A stretch of 15,123 bases of DNA from Atribacterota bacterium (GCA_038203565.1 JBBRDV010000031.1:1-15123), one strand, 5' to 3'; counted from the stretch's first letter, positions 7,019-14,993 are shown. Translations and numbers: made by a program. The notes: generated from the letters alone by a model not told the origin.

Positions 7019-9000
7019 TCTTTTATTACCTTTCCACTCTGAGAGAGGTCATATCCACCCAAACTCAAAACTTTTTTCCTAAATTTTTCCGATCTAATCA
7101 TAGTCAATAATTTTTGAATCTTTAAAGAAGAGTAGTATTCTTTAGGTATAATTATATCATACCTTTCTTTGGCCACTGGCACAAAATCTAAGTGAAAAAC
7201 TTTGACAGCAGACAAAATCCCCAGGCCTGCATCTATGCTCCCCTCCGTTACGGCAGAAGCCACCATTAAATGGGTGTACTCTTCCTTAGAATAACCCTGA
7301 ATATCTAAAGGATTAATGCCTTTCTTTTTTAGTAGATAATCCAATAAAACTCTAGTTCCTGACCCTTTCTGTCTATTAATAAACTTTATATCCTTTTTAA
7401 CTAAATCATCTATCCCCTTGATATTTTTTGGATTTCCTCTTTTTACCATTATCCCTTGTTCTCGGTAGGTTAGATTCACAACTATCAATTCTCTCTGAGG
7501 AAGCATCTTTTTTATATAGGGAAAATTATATTCTCCACTCTCCGGATCCAATAAATGAGCGGTGGCAAGGTGGGTTCTTTTTTGTTTTAAGGCTAATAAT
7601 CCCCCCATACTTCCTACATTAAAGGACACTAAATTAAAATCAGAAAACTCTTCCTGTAATTCATTTCTTAAGATATCTAAAACTAAATCATGACTCCCGG
7701 TCACAATGATATTGTTCTTTATTCTATTTAAATCTTCTAAAAGTTCAGCTTCTACTTCTTCTCCAAAATCTACCCCCTCCTTAAACAAGGGAATACGAAT
7801 CAGGGCATCTGCTTCTACCAAAGAAGTAACAACTCCCGCTCCTCGGGAAAGAGGATAAGCCATTATTTTCCCATCTATATTTCCTAATTTTACTCTTAGA
7901 AATTCTTCATCTCCTAAACGAGAAACTACTTTGTGAGCCATATGGACTTTAATTTCTTCTCGCCTTTTTACAGTTAATCCTAATTGACGAAAGACTAAAG
8001 GTTTCAAAAATTGCTCCGCAGCGATGATTGCCGAGATCGGGTAACCAGGAAGCCCGATGAGAGGAGTGTCATCAATAATTCCTAAAATTGTCGGTTTCCC
8101 TGGCATAATAGCTACTCCATGAACCACAACATCACCTATACTTTTAACAATCTCGGAAGTGAAATCTTTTGAGCCAGCAGAGGAACCGGCAAGGACCACT
8201 ACTATATCATTTTGTGAGGCAGCTTCAAGCAAAATCCTCTTTAAATCTAAGGGGATGTCTTTAACAATTTCGTATACTATTGCCTTTCCTCCCCACTCGT
8301 AAATCAAACCTTTAATTATTTTAGAATTATATTCAATAATTTTACCAGGACTAATTTCTTCCCCGGGTGAAATCAATTCACCACCCGTAGGTATAACTGC
8401 TACCTTGGGCTTCCTGCGGGCAAAAAGTTGGTTTACTCCTCCTGCCAATAAAGCTCCCATATCTACTGGACGGATTTTATGATTTACAGGGATAATTAAC
8501 TGATTAGCTACTACATCTTCCCCAATGTTGCGGATATGTTGCCCTGGGGAAACTGCCGAAAATATTTTAATTTCTTTAATATTTTCTTCTTTTGAATCTT
8601 CGTTAAAATCATTAGAAATATCTTTGTTCTTCTCTCTTTTAAATTCATTTAAAGGGTTTATATCCTCAATCTTTATCACTGCATCAAAATCGAAAGGTAT
8701 GGGATTACCGGTATTTATAAAATGAAAGTCTTGATTAATCTTTAAAGTAATAGGAGAAGATTCGGAAGCTTCATAAGTATCCCTTGCTCTGACCACTACC
8801 CCATCCATAGCTGCCGCCTGATAATAAGGAGAGGATATCTTGGCAAAAATTGGTTCTGCGGTAATCCGTCCTAAAGAATCTTCAGTAGAAACCAATTCCC
8901 TTTTGAGAGGCTGAGCAAGTTTGTATTTTAATAAAGTTTTATAAAATTTTTCTTGAGCTTCTTTTAAAGTTAATTTACTTAAATAAATATTCCTTTTCAA
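7015..9000 (-). CDS. moeA: MoeA-family metal insertase fused to a C-terminal periplasmic-binding-protein (PBP)-like domain
   Basis: AAMDG, TG.PIP..FDAVI.IED, PGKP, GLPGYP, SRGAG; C-terminal GSHD, VGSMGGL, FINRQKGSGTR, ERYD, LGGYD. TTG start. Confidence 0.92.
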   Translation of the reverse strand: MKRNIYLSKLTLKEAQEKFYKTLLKYKLAQPLKRELVSTEDSLGRITAEPIFAKISSPYYQAAAMDGVVVRARDTYEASESSPITLKINQDFHFINTGNPIPFDFDAVIKIEDINPLNEFKREKNKDISNDFNEDSKEENIKEIKIFSAVSPGQHIRNIGEDVVANQLIIPVNHKIRPVDMGALLAGGVNQLFARRKPKVAVIPTGGELISPGEEISPGKIIEYNSKIIKGLIYEWGGKAIVYEIVKDIPLDLKRILLEAASQNDIVVVLAGSSAGSKDFTSEIVKSIGDVVVHGVAIMPGKPTILGIIDDTPLIGLPGYPISAIIAAEQFLKPLVFRQLGLTVKRREEIKVHMAHKVVSRLGDEEFLRVKLGNIDGKIMAYPLSRGAGVVTSLVEADALIRIPLFKEGVDFGEEVEAELLEDLNRIKNNIIVTGSHDLVLDILRNELQEEFSDFNLVSFNVGSMGGLLALKQKRTHLATAHLLDPESGEYNFPYIKKMLPQRELIVVNLTYREQGIMVKRGNPKNIKGIDDLVKKDIKFINRQKGSGTRVLLDYLLKKKGINPLDIQGYSKEEYTHLMVASAVTEGSIDAGLGILSAVKVFHLDFVPVAKERYDIIIPKEYYSSLKIQKLLTMIRSEKFRKKVLSLGGYDLSQSGKVIKE

Positions 9001-9033
9001 ATCAATCTTCCTTCTCTAATTAATTCTGTTTAA

Positions 9034-10290
9034 TTAAAATAATTTAACCATTACTTTGCTGCCCTTTTCTAATCCTTCGATATTTAACCCGATCTTTATT
9101 AAACCTGAAGCCCGAACCATAGTGGAAATTAATCCTGATTTCCCCAGGATAGGTTCGGCGTAAAATCTTTCGCCTTCTTTATATACAAATACCCGCACAT
9201 AATCTTCTCTTCCCGAATCTGAAAATATATTGCAGGTTAATTCTGCCTCTATTTCTTTGTCAGAATTATAATTATATTCTCCTCCTTGTAACCGGCTAAT
9301 CAAAGGCCGCACAAAAAGGTCAAAGATTATCATCGCTGAGACTGGATGACCGGGCAAGCCAAATATCGGCCTATTGTCAGCTATGGCAAGTATAGTAGGT
9401 TTCCCTGGTTTTACTGATACTCCGTGAATCAATACACCGGGTTTCCCTAATTTATTAAGCACTTCCAGGGTAACATCTCTTACCCCCACTGAACTCCCTC
9501 CGGAAATAATTACCGCTTCTACCTTATCTTCTTTGATAGTCTTTTTTATCTCCTGCTCTAATAGAATAACTTCATCTTTAATAATCCCTCTATAAATAGG
9601 AATCCCACCTGCCTCTTCAATACAAGCTCCAAGGGTATAAGAATTTATATCCCTTACCTGCCCTATCTGGGGCTCGCCTTTAGTAGGGATTATCTCATCG
9701 CCAGTTGAAATAATAGCAATTTTAGGTTTCTTATAGATTTCTATATTAGTTCTTCCTATCCCGGCTAAAACTCCTATGTCCTGGGGACGTAACCGGTGTC
9801 CTTTTCTTAATATAATTTCTCCTTTTTTTAGATCCTCATCCTCTCGGACTGCATTTTCCCAGGGAGAAATTGACTTTCTTACTTCAATAGTAGCATCATC
9901 AATCTGTTCAGTATATTCTAACATCATTACCGCATTTGCCCCCTCGGGTAACATTCCTCCAGTAGAAATTTTTGCTCCTTCTCCAGGATTAATCTTAAAT
10001 TCGGGCTTACCGCCCATCTTTATTTCTCCTATAACTGTCAGATATGAGGGCAAACTCTCGCTTGCTCCAAAAGAATCTTCTGCCCTAATGGCATAACCAT
10101 CCATGGTAGAACGATTAAAACCAGGCAGATTAGCGGGGGCAACTATCCCTTCCGCTAAAAACCTATGTAAGGCTGTTTTAATATCGGCTTCCTCTGTGTT
10201 GCTCTGGGTTATCTCCTTTAAATTTAAATGATTTTTTAGCATCGTAATTACCTCTTGGGGAGTACTAACTTTAAATAAGGGTTTTACCAT
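9034..10290 (-). CDS. moeA: Molybdopterin molybdo/tungstotransferase MoeA
   Basis: STMDGYA, STGGMLPEGANAVMMLE, STGDE, SGGSSVG..D, KPGKP, GLPGHP, GKSG. Confidence 0.95.
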   Translation of the reverse strand: MVKPLFKVSTPQEVITMLKNHLNLKEITQSNTEEADIKTALHRFLAEGIVAPANLPGFNRSTMDGYAIRAEDSFGASESLPSYLTVIGEIKMGGKPEFKINPGEGAKISTGGMLPEGANAVMMLEYTEQIDDATIEVRKSISPWENAVREDEDLKKGEIILRKGHRLRPQDIGVLAGIGRTNIEIYKKPKIAIISTGDEIIPTKGEPQIGQVRDINSYTLGACIEEAGGIPIYRGIIKDEVILLEQEIKKTIKEDKVEAVIISGGSSVGVRDVTLEVLNKLGKPGVLIHGVSVKPGKPTILAIADNRPIFGLPGHPVSAMIIFDLFVRPLISRLQGGEYNYNSDKEIEAELTCNIFSDSGREDYVRVFVYKEGERFYAEPILGKSGLISTMVRASGLIKIGLNIEGLEKGSKVMVKLF

Positions 10291-10357
10291 GTTTGCTGTT
10301 TATCTCCTAATTATTAATTGTTTATATATTGTTTTACAAATATCTCATTTTTAAAAA

Positions 10358-11377
10358 TTAATATAATTTTACTGCTGAAGCTTTAAAAGTTAAATAAACT
10401 TTACTACCCAGATTGAAATTCATCTTAGAAAATGACTCTCTGGTAATAATCACCACTAAATGGATACCAATATCTATTTCTAATTTTACCAAATGATTTT
10501 GCTCAATAGTCTTTGTTATTTTCCCTAAAAAGGAATTTCTGGCACTGGATTGAAATGGTTCATAAGATAAAATTATATTCGTGGGGTCAATAGAAATATA
10601 TACCGGGCCAATCTTTTCGCTCACTATAGCAAATTTTACGTTTCCTATAGTTTTAAACCGTTTTAAGCCATCTTCCTCTTTTACTATTTCTCCCCAAAGA
10701 AGGTTCTCCTGAACTTGTTTAATAATTTTACCATCCAAAAGGGAAATCACCTCATCTGCTAAACGATAAGCCTGGGAGAGGTCGTGAGTAGTAAATATTA
10801 CGGTAGTTTTACTCTCTTTCTTTATTTTTTTAATAATTCCTTCTACTATATCTAGGTGCCTTTGATCTATACTTGTGGTAGGCTCATCCAAAAAGAGAAT
10901 TTCTGGTTCAATTACTAAAGCTCTAGCAATTACTACTCGTTGAGTTTCTCCACCAGACAATTGATATACTTTTCTATTTTCAAAACCAGAAAGCCCAACC
11001 ATATCCAAGGCATTTTTAATTCTATTCTGTTGAACTATGGAGGACACAGATCTTACTTTTAATCCATAAGCAACATTACCATATACTGAAGATTGAAATA
11101 AAAAAGGATCCTGATCTACTAAAGTCATCTTTCGCCGAATCTCTAATAGCTTAGAATCTGAATTATTGATTATTTCTTGATCACGGAAAAAAATTTGACC
11201 TTTATCCGGTTTCACTAGTAGATTTAATATATTTAAAAGCGTAGTTTTACCTGAACCGTTTGGACCAACAATAGCATAAATTTTACTCTCTTGAAAACCC
11301 AAATAATCAATATCTAATACTGTTTTATTATTATATATCTTTTTTAAATTTTTAACCTTAAGCATTGGTTTATCCAT
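10358..11377 (-). CDS. tupC: Tungstate ABC transporter ATP-binding protein with C-terminal TOBE domain
   Basis: Walker A GPNGSGKT, LSGGE signature, LFLDEP, H-loop TTHD; C-terminal SSARN...FKASAV TOBE motif. Follows tupAB. Confidence 0.88.
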   Translation of the reverse strand: MDKPMLKVKNLKKIYNNKTVLDIDYLGFQESKIYAIVGPNGSGKTTLLNILNLLVKPDKGQIFFRDQEIINNSDSKLLEIRRKMTLVDQDPFLFQSSVYGNVAYGLKVRSVSSIVQQNRIKNALDMVGLSGFENRKVYQLSGGETQRVVIARALVIEPEILFLDEPTTSIDQRHLDIVEGIIKKIKKESKTTVIFTTHDLSQAYRLADEVISLLDGKIIKQVQENLLWGEIVKEEDGLKRFKTIGNVKFAIVSEKIGPVYISIDPTNIILSYEPFQSSARNSFLGKITKTIEQNHLVKLEIDIGIHLVVIITRESFSKMNFNLGSKVYLTFKASAVKLY

Positions 11378-11386
11378 ATTTTAATT

Positions 11387-12079
11387 TTACACTCTCTTAC
11401 TCTGAAAATAATAGAGAAAAATATTTATGCTAAAAGCAATAAGTAGTAAAATAATACCCAAGGCAATGCCAAATCCGAATTCACCTTTAGAGGTTTCCAG
11501 AGCAATAGCCGTGGTCATAGTCCTGGTACTCCCTTGAATATTTCCTCCCAACATCATAGCAGCTCCTACTTCAGCGATAACTCTTCCAAAGGCAGTTGTT
11601 ATCGCTTCTAATATTGCATAACGTGCTTCTTTAAGTACTGCCCAGGCAGATTGAAGCTTAGTTGCACCAAGAGTTAAAGCAGTTTTTCTAACTCTTTCAT
11701 CAATTCCCTGTAATGCAGAATGGGTAAGCGCAATAACTATGGGAGTAGCTAATATAAACTGACCGATAATCATGGCTAAAGGGGTAAACAATAATCCAAA
11801 AACTCCCAAAGGTCCTCTTCGAGAAATTAAAGAATAAACAATTAACCCTACCACTACTGTTGGTAAAGCTAAGAAAGTATTCACTAAAGCTACAGTAAAT
11901 TTCTTCCCATAATAATTCTTTATGGTCATTAAAAAGCCAATAGGTATGCCTATCAATGAAGCAAGTCCTACTGCAGTTAACGATACTCTTAATGAAAGTA
12001 AGACAATATTGAATATTTCTCGGTCTAAAGAAAAGATTAATTGAACAGCTTGCTGTATTCCGCTTAGGATAAAATTCAA
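11387..12079 (-). CDS. tupB: Tungstate ABC transporter permease
   Basis: LPTVVVGL, SRRGPLG, FGRVIAEVGAAMMLGGNI..TRTMTTAIALET.KG. TTG start with GAGGTG SD. Confidence 0.93.
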   Translation of the reverse strand: MNFILSGIQQAVQLIFSLDREIFNIVLLSLRVSLTAVGLASLIGIPIGFLMTIKNYYGKKFTVALVNTFLALPTVVVGLIVYSLISRRGPLGVFGLLFTPLAMIIGQFILATPIVIALTHSALQGIDERVRKTALTLGATKLQSAWAVLKEARYAILEAITTAFGRVIAEVGAAMMLGGNIQGSTRTMTTAIALETSKGEFGFGIALGIILLLIAFSINIFLYYFQSKRV

Positions 12080-12103
12080 AAAATCACCTCGAATAATAAA
12101 TTC

Positions 12104-12176
12104 GTATCGAGTATCGCGTATCGAGTATCGCGTGAAGAGGAATAGTTAACTAAGTACTAACGACTATTCACTATTT
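12104..12176. repeat. Intergenic 7-nt-period repeats
   Basis: GTATCGA GTATCGC GTATCGA GTATCGC (12104-12131) and ACTAAGT ACTAACG ACTATTC ACTATTT (12149-12176). Confidence 0.8.
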
Positions 12177-12986
12177 AATTGCCACGGGATAAAAAAGTTT
12201 TTCTCCTGCTATCTTATATTCTCTAATTATTTTTTGTCCTTCCGCAGAAGTAACCCAAGCTATTAATTGCATTGCCTCCATATATTTAACCTGAGAATAA
12301 AGTGCTGGATTAACTGCGATTATACTATAAGGATTAAAAAGTAGAGGATCTCCTTCATAAAGGACATCTAACTCTATCTTATCTTTATAAGCCGAAAAGG
12401 TTCCTCTATCACAAAGAACATAGGCTTGTTTTTCATTGGCAATTTGTAACGTTGCACCCATCCCTTGACCTGCTTCCATATACCACTTCTCTGGTTTAAT
12501 ATCTGCAATTTGCCATATAATTTTTTCTTTGACATCAGTCCCGGACTTGTCTCCTCGAGATACAAAAAAAGCTTGTTGGTTAGCTATATTGGTAAAAGCA
12601 GACACTACATTTTTCATGCCTTTAATTTTTGCCGGATCATTAGATGGTCCAAGAACAATAAAATCGTTATACATTACATTTCTACGGTTTACTCCACATC
12701 CATCCTTAACAAATTTATCTTCCGCGTCCGGATCATGGGTAAGTATTATATCTACATCTCCATTTTCCCCCAACTTAATAGCTGCCCCTGTTCCTACAGC
12801 AATAACATCTACTTTGATATTAAATAATTCCTCAAAAGGTGGGAGAAGTGTATTTAATAAGCCTGAATTTTCTGTACTGGTAGTAGTAGCTAATTTTAGG
12901 TGAATTGGTTCAGCATAAACCATACCCATTAATAATAAACTAAGACCTAATATAAATATCACTCGAAAAATAATGTTTTTTTTCAT
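12171..12986 (-). CDS. tupA: Tungstate ABC transporter substrate-binding protein
   Basis: ATTTSTENSGLL (TTTS tungstate signature), VGTGAA, SRGDKSGT, GQGMG, DRGT, NPY. Signal peptide from MKKNII (12986; AAAGGA upstream). The alternative start at 13013 has no SD. Confidence 0.95.
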   Translation of the reverse strand: MKKNIIFRVIFILGLSLLLMGMVYAEPIHLKLATTTSTENSGLLNTLLPPFEELFNIKVDVIAVGTGAAIKLGENGDVDIILTHDPDAEDKFVKDGCGVNRRNVMYNDFIVLGPSNDPAKIKGMKNVVSAFTNIANQQAFFVSRGDKSGTDVKEKIIWQIADIKPEKWYMEAGQGMGATLQIANEKQAYVLCDRGTFSAYKDKIELDVLYEGDPLLFNPYSIIAVNPALYSQVKYMEAMQLIAWVTSAEGQKIIREYKIAGEKLFYPVAIK

Positions 12987-13040
12987 TTTACTAATATATT
13001 CCTTTCTATTCATTTTATTTTTTAATTTTAATTAGACATT

Positions 13041-13076
13041 AAACAAAAAAACCAACACTGTGTCCGGTGTTGGTTT
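13041..13076 (-). terminator. Intrinsic terminator (attenuator) in the tupA leader
   Basis: Minus strand AAACCAACAC-cggacaca-GTGTTGGTTT followed by TTTTGTTT, between the riboswitch and tupA. Confidence 0.85.
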
Positions 13077-13097
13077 ACAAGTTCAATCCATAATATA

Positions 13098-13197
13098 AGT
13101 CCTCCTTTCCAAACACGGGAGGAATAAGAGTTTTCTCTTATTCCTTATCGGCTAATCCACCATCGTTTTCACTTTAGGTGTGATAGCTCGGAGAATA
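13098..13197 (-). ncRNA. Moco RNA motif riboswitch, P3-less (Tuco / tungsten-cofactor type)
   Basis: Minus strand TTCTCCGAGCTA...CACCTAA...GGTG...TAGCCG-ataa-GGAATAAGAG-aaaa-CTCTTATTCC-TCCCGTGTTTGGAAAGGAGGA. P1 is TTCTCC/GGAGGA. It carries the conserved CCTCCCG...GGAAAGG 3' block and lies upstream of tup/moe/moa genes. Confidence 0.88.
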
Positions 13198-13241
13198 TTT
13201 TTTTATAAAAGAGCAATAAGCAAGAAGAAATATCATTGTAT

Positions 13242-13270
13242 ATTATAATATTTTTTCTATATTTAAGCAA
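13242..13270 (-). promoter_or_regulatory. sigma70 promoter of the tup-moe-moa operon
   Basis: TTGCTT (13270-13265), 17 nt, TATAAT (13247-13242), about 45 nt upstream of the riboswitch. Confidence 0.7.
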
Positions 13271-13288
13271 GAATTTTTTAGTATCTGC

Positions 13289-14131
13289 TTATTTCTGACA
13301 TTGAGGACAGATAAATGTACTTCGGCCTTCTATTTTTAGAACCTCTATAATATTTCCACATCTTATGCAGGGTTTACCTTTTCGAGCATAGACTTGTAAT
13401 TTTTCAGCAAATTTTCCTTTTTCGCCATCCGTATTTAGATAAGCCTCATCAGCTACTGTACTTCCTCCAGATTTGATTGCTTCATTCAGCACCAACTTAA
13501 TTTGCTGATATAGGTTTCCAATCTCCTCCTTGTGGAGAGAAGAAATTATTCTTAAAGGATGAATGTTCGCTCCATAGAGTACTTCGTTGACATAAATATT
13601 CCCTAATCCAGTGATAAACTCCTGTTTCATTAAAAAAGATTTTATTTTACATTTTTTCTTTTTATTCAATACCTGAATAAAGATTTCTTCTGTGAAATAA
13701 TCCTCTAAAGGTTCAACCCCTAATTTAGCTATACTTTCTACTTCGTCAATGTTGGAAACTAAAAATATTTTTCCAAATCTTCTAACATCATTAAAAACTA
13801 ATTGGGTATTATCTGTAAATGTAAAAATAAGATGATTATGCTTAGAGTTAATCTCTTTCTCTGTAATTTTATAGTCATAAGGATAGATTAATAGTCCGGT
13901 CATCCCCAGATGAACTACTAATTTGTCTTCCGAGTCTAAATAAATAATAATATATTTTCCCCGGCGACCTATCTTCTTAATCTTTTTGCCTTTTATTTTA
14001 GTAATAAATTCTTCTAAAGATGGTTTTTTTATTATTTTACTAATATTTACTATTACATCTCTTATTTGTTTATCTTTAATTTTTTCCTGAAGGCCTATTC
14101 TGATAGTCTCTACTTCAGGTAATTCTGGCAT
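13289..14131 (-). CDS. mutM: Formamidopyrimidine-DNA glycosylase
   Basis: MPELPEVE N-terminus (ATG at 14131, GAGGTG SD), RRGKY, HLGMTG, GLGNIY H2TH motif, C-terminal CxxC...CxxC zinc finger. Confidence 0.97.
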   Translation of the reverse strand: MPELPEVETIRIGLQEKIKDKQIRDVIVNISKIIKKPSLEEFITKIKGKKIKKIGRRGKYIIIYLDSEDKLVVHLGMTGLLIYPYDYKITEKEINSKHNHLIFTFTDNTQLVFNDVRRFGKIFLVSNIDEVESIAKLGVEPLEDYFTEEIFIQVLNKKKKCKIKSFLMKQEFITGLGNIYVNEVLYGANIHPLRIISSLHKEEIGNLYQQIKLVLNEAIKSGGSTVADEAYLNTDGEKGKFAEKLQVYARKGKPCIRCGNIIEVLKIEGRSTFICPQCQK

Positions 14132-14165
14132 TGTTATCACCTCGTTGCATATCGCAAATTACTAA

Positions 14166-14822
14166 TCACTGATTAATTCCCTCTATTATTTTTTTTACTT
14201 CTCCTAAATTGTTTATAATAAATTTTCCCTTTTTTGTATTACTGCGGTCTAGATAAATAGTATTCATTCCCGCTTTCTGAGCAGCTAGATAATCAAATTC
14301 CCAATGATCGCCTATGTGTAATATTTGTTCAGGGCATACATTTAAGGTTTTGGATATTTTTAAATATACCTCAGAATTTTTCAATTCTTTAAAATCGGAT
14401 AAAGCAGAAAAGCTGAATTTAAAATATTTTTTCAGCTTTTTCATTTTGGGTACTAAAAATTCACGGGGCATTGCAGTAATAACAATAAGGATAAAATTCT
14501 TCTTTAATTCTTCTAAAAGAGGGGTTACTTCGGGAAATATCTTAACCTGAGATTCATATTTTTCCAATATTTTTTTAGGGGAAACTTTTAATCTAAAATA
14601 GGTGATCCAATAATTAATATCATACCAATTTAAATTATGCTCACCAAGTTTGGTATATTCCTCATATACATATTTTAAACTTTTTTCGAAAGTAATCTTC
14701 TTTTTTTTAGCTACTAGTTCGGGTATCTCTTTAAACCATATCAAGTCATTATATTCTAAATCTACTAAAGTACCATCTACATCGAAAGAAATTATTTTAA
14801 GACCTTTTTCCAAATTTTCCAA
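14166..14822 (-). CDS. HAD-superfamily hydrolase
   Basis: Motif I SFDVDGT and motif IV HIGDHWEFD..A.KAGM. The start may be the second TTG (14813), given the GGAGG spacing. Confidence 0.88.
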   Translation of the reverse strand: MENLEKGLKIISFDVDGTLVDLEYNDLIWFKEIPELVAKKKKITFEKSLKYVYEEYTKLGEHNLNWYDINYWITYFRLKVSPKKILEKYESQVKIFPEVTPLLEELKKNFILIVITAMPREFLVPKMKKLKKYFKFSFSALSDFKELKNSEVYLKISKTLNVCPEQILHIGDHWEFDYLAAQKAGMNTIYLDRSNTKKGKFIINNLGEVKKIIEGINQ

Positions 14823-14832
14823 TCCTCCAATT

Positions 14833-14956
14833 AACTAGTCGATAGTCGTTAGTATATAGTATTTAGTGTAGGGAACGGATTTATCCGTCCCGTATTTTTT
14901 ACGGGTTTGATAAATCAAACCCCTACCTCCTACCCGCTAAATGCTAAACACTATTT
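14833..14956. repeat. 7-nt-period repeat arms in inverted arrangement flanking the REP doublet
   Basis: Left: AACTAGT CGATAGT CGTTAGT ATATAGT ATTTAGT (14833-14867). Right: GCTAAAT GCTAAAC ACTATTT (14936-14956). Confidence 0.65.
14868..14926. repeat. GTAG-family REP doublet (REPIN-like)
   Basis: GTAG-GGAACGGAT-TT-ATCCGTCCC-GT (14868-14893, +) and GTAG-GGGTTTGAT-TT-ATCAAACCC-GT (14926-14901, -): inverted, both 26 nt, 7-nt linker. Confidence 0.8.
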
Positions 14957-14993
14957 ATCAAATTATACACCAAAAGTAAATAAAAATAAAAAA

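Noticed and set aside
12171..13013. Molybdate-binding ModA or WtpA assignment
   Set aside because: The TTTS motif, SRGDxSGT and the TupB-type permease identify the Tup family.
14132..14140. GTG start of mutM at 14140
   Set aside because: Fpg needs the N-terminal Pro of (M)PELPEV. The GTG is part of the GAGGTG SD for the ATG at 14131.
1028..14838. Remaining plus-strand ORFs and short alternative-frame minus ORFs (e.g. 5775-6311, 6417-6935, 12529-12903, 1794-2054, 12374-12565)
   Set aside because: All overlap well-supported genes or the pseudogene, lack motifs, and have composition typical of antisense or off-frame shadows.
14962..14990. Promoter for HAD-mutM (TATAAT on the minus strand at 14962-14967)
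   Set aside because: A perfect -10 but no credible -35 or TGn extension in very AT-rich DNA, so it is not supportable.
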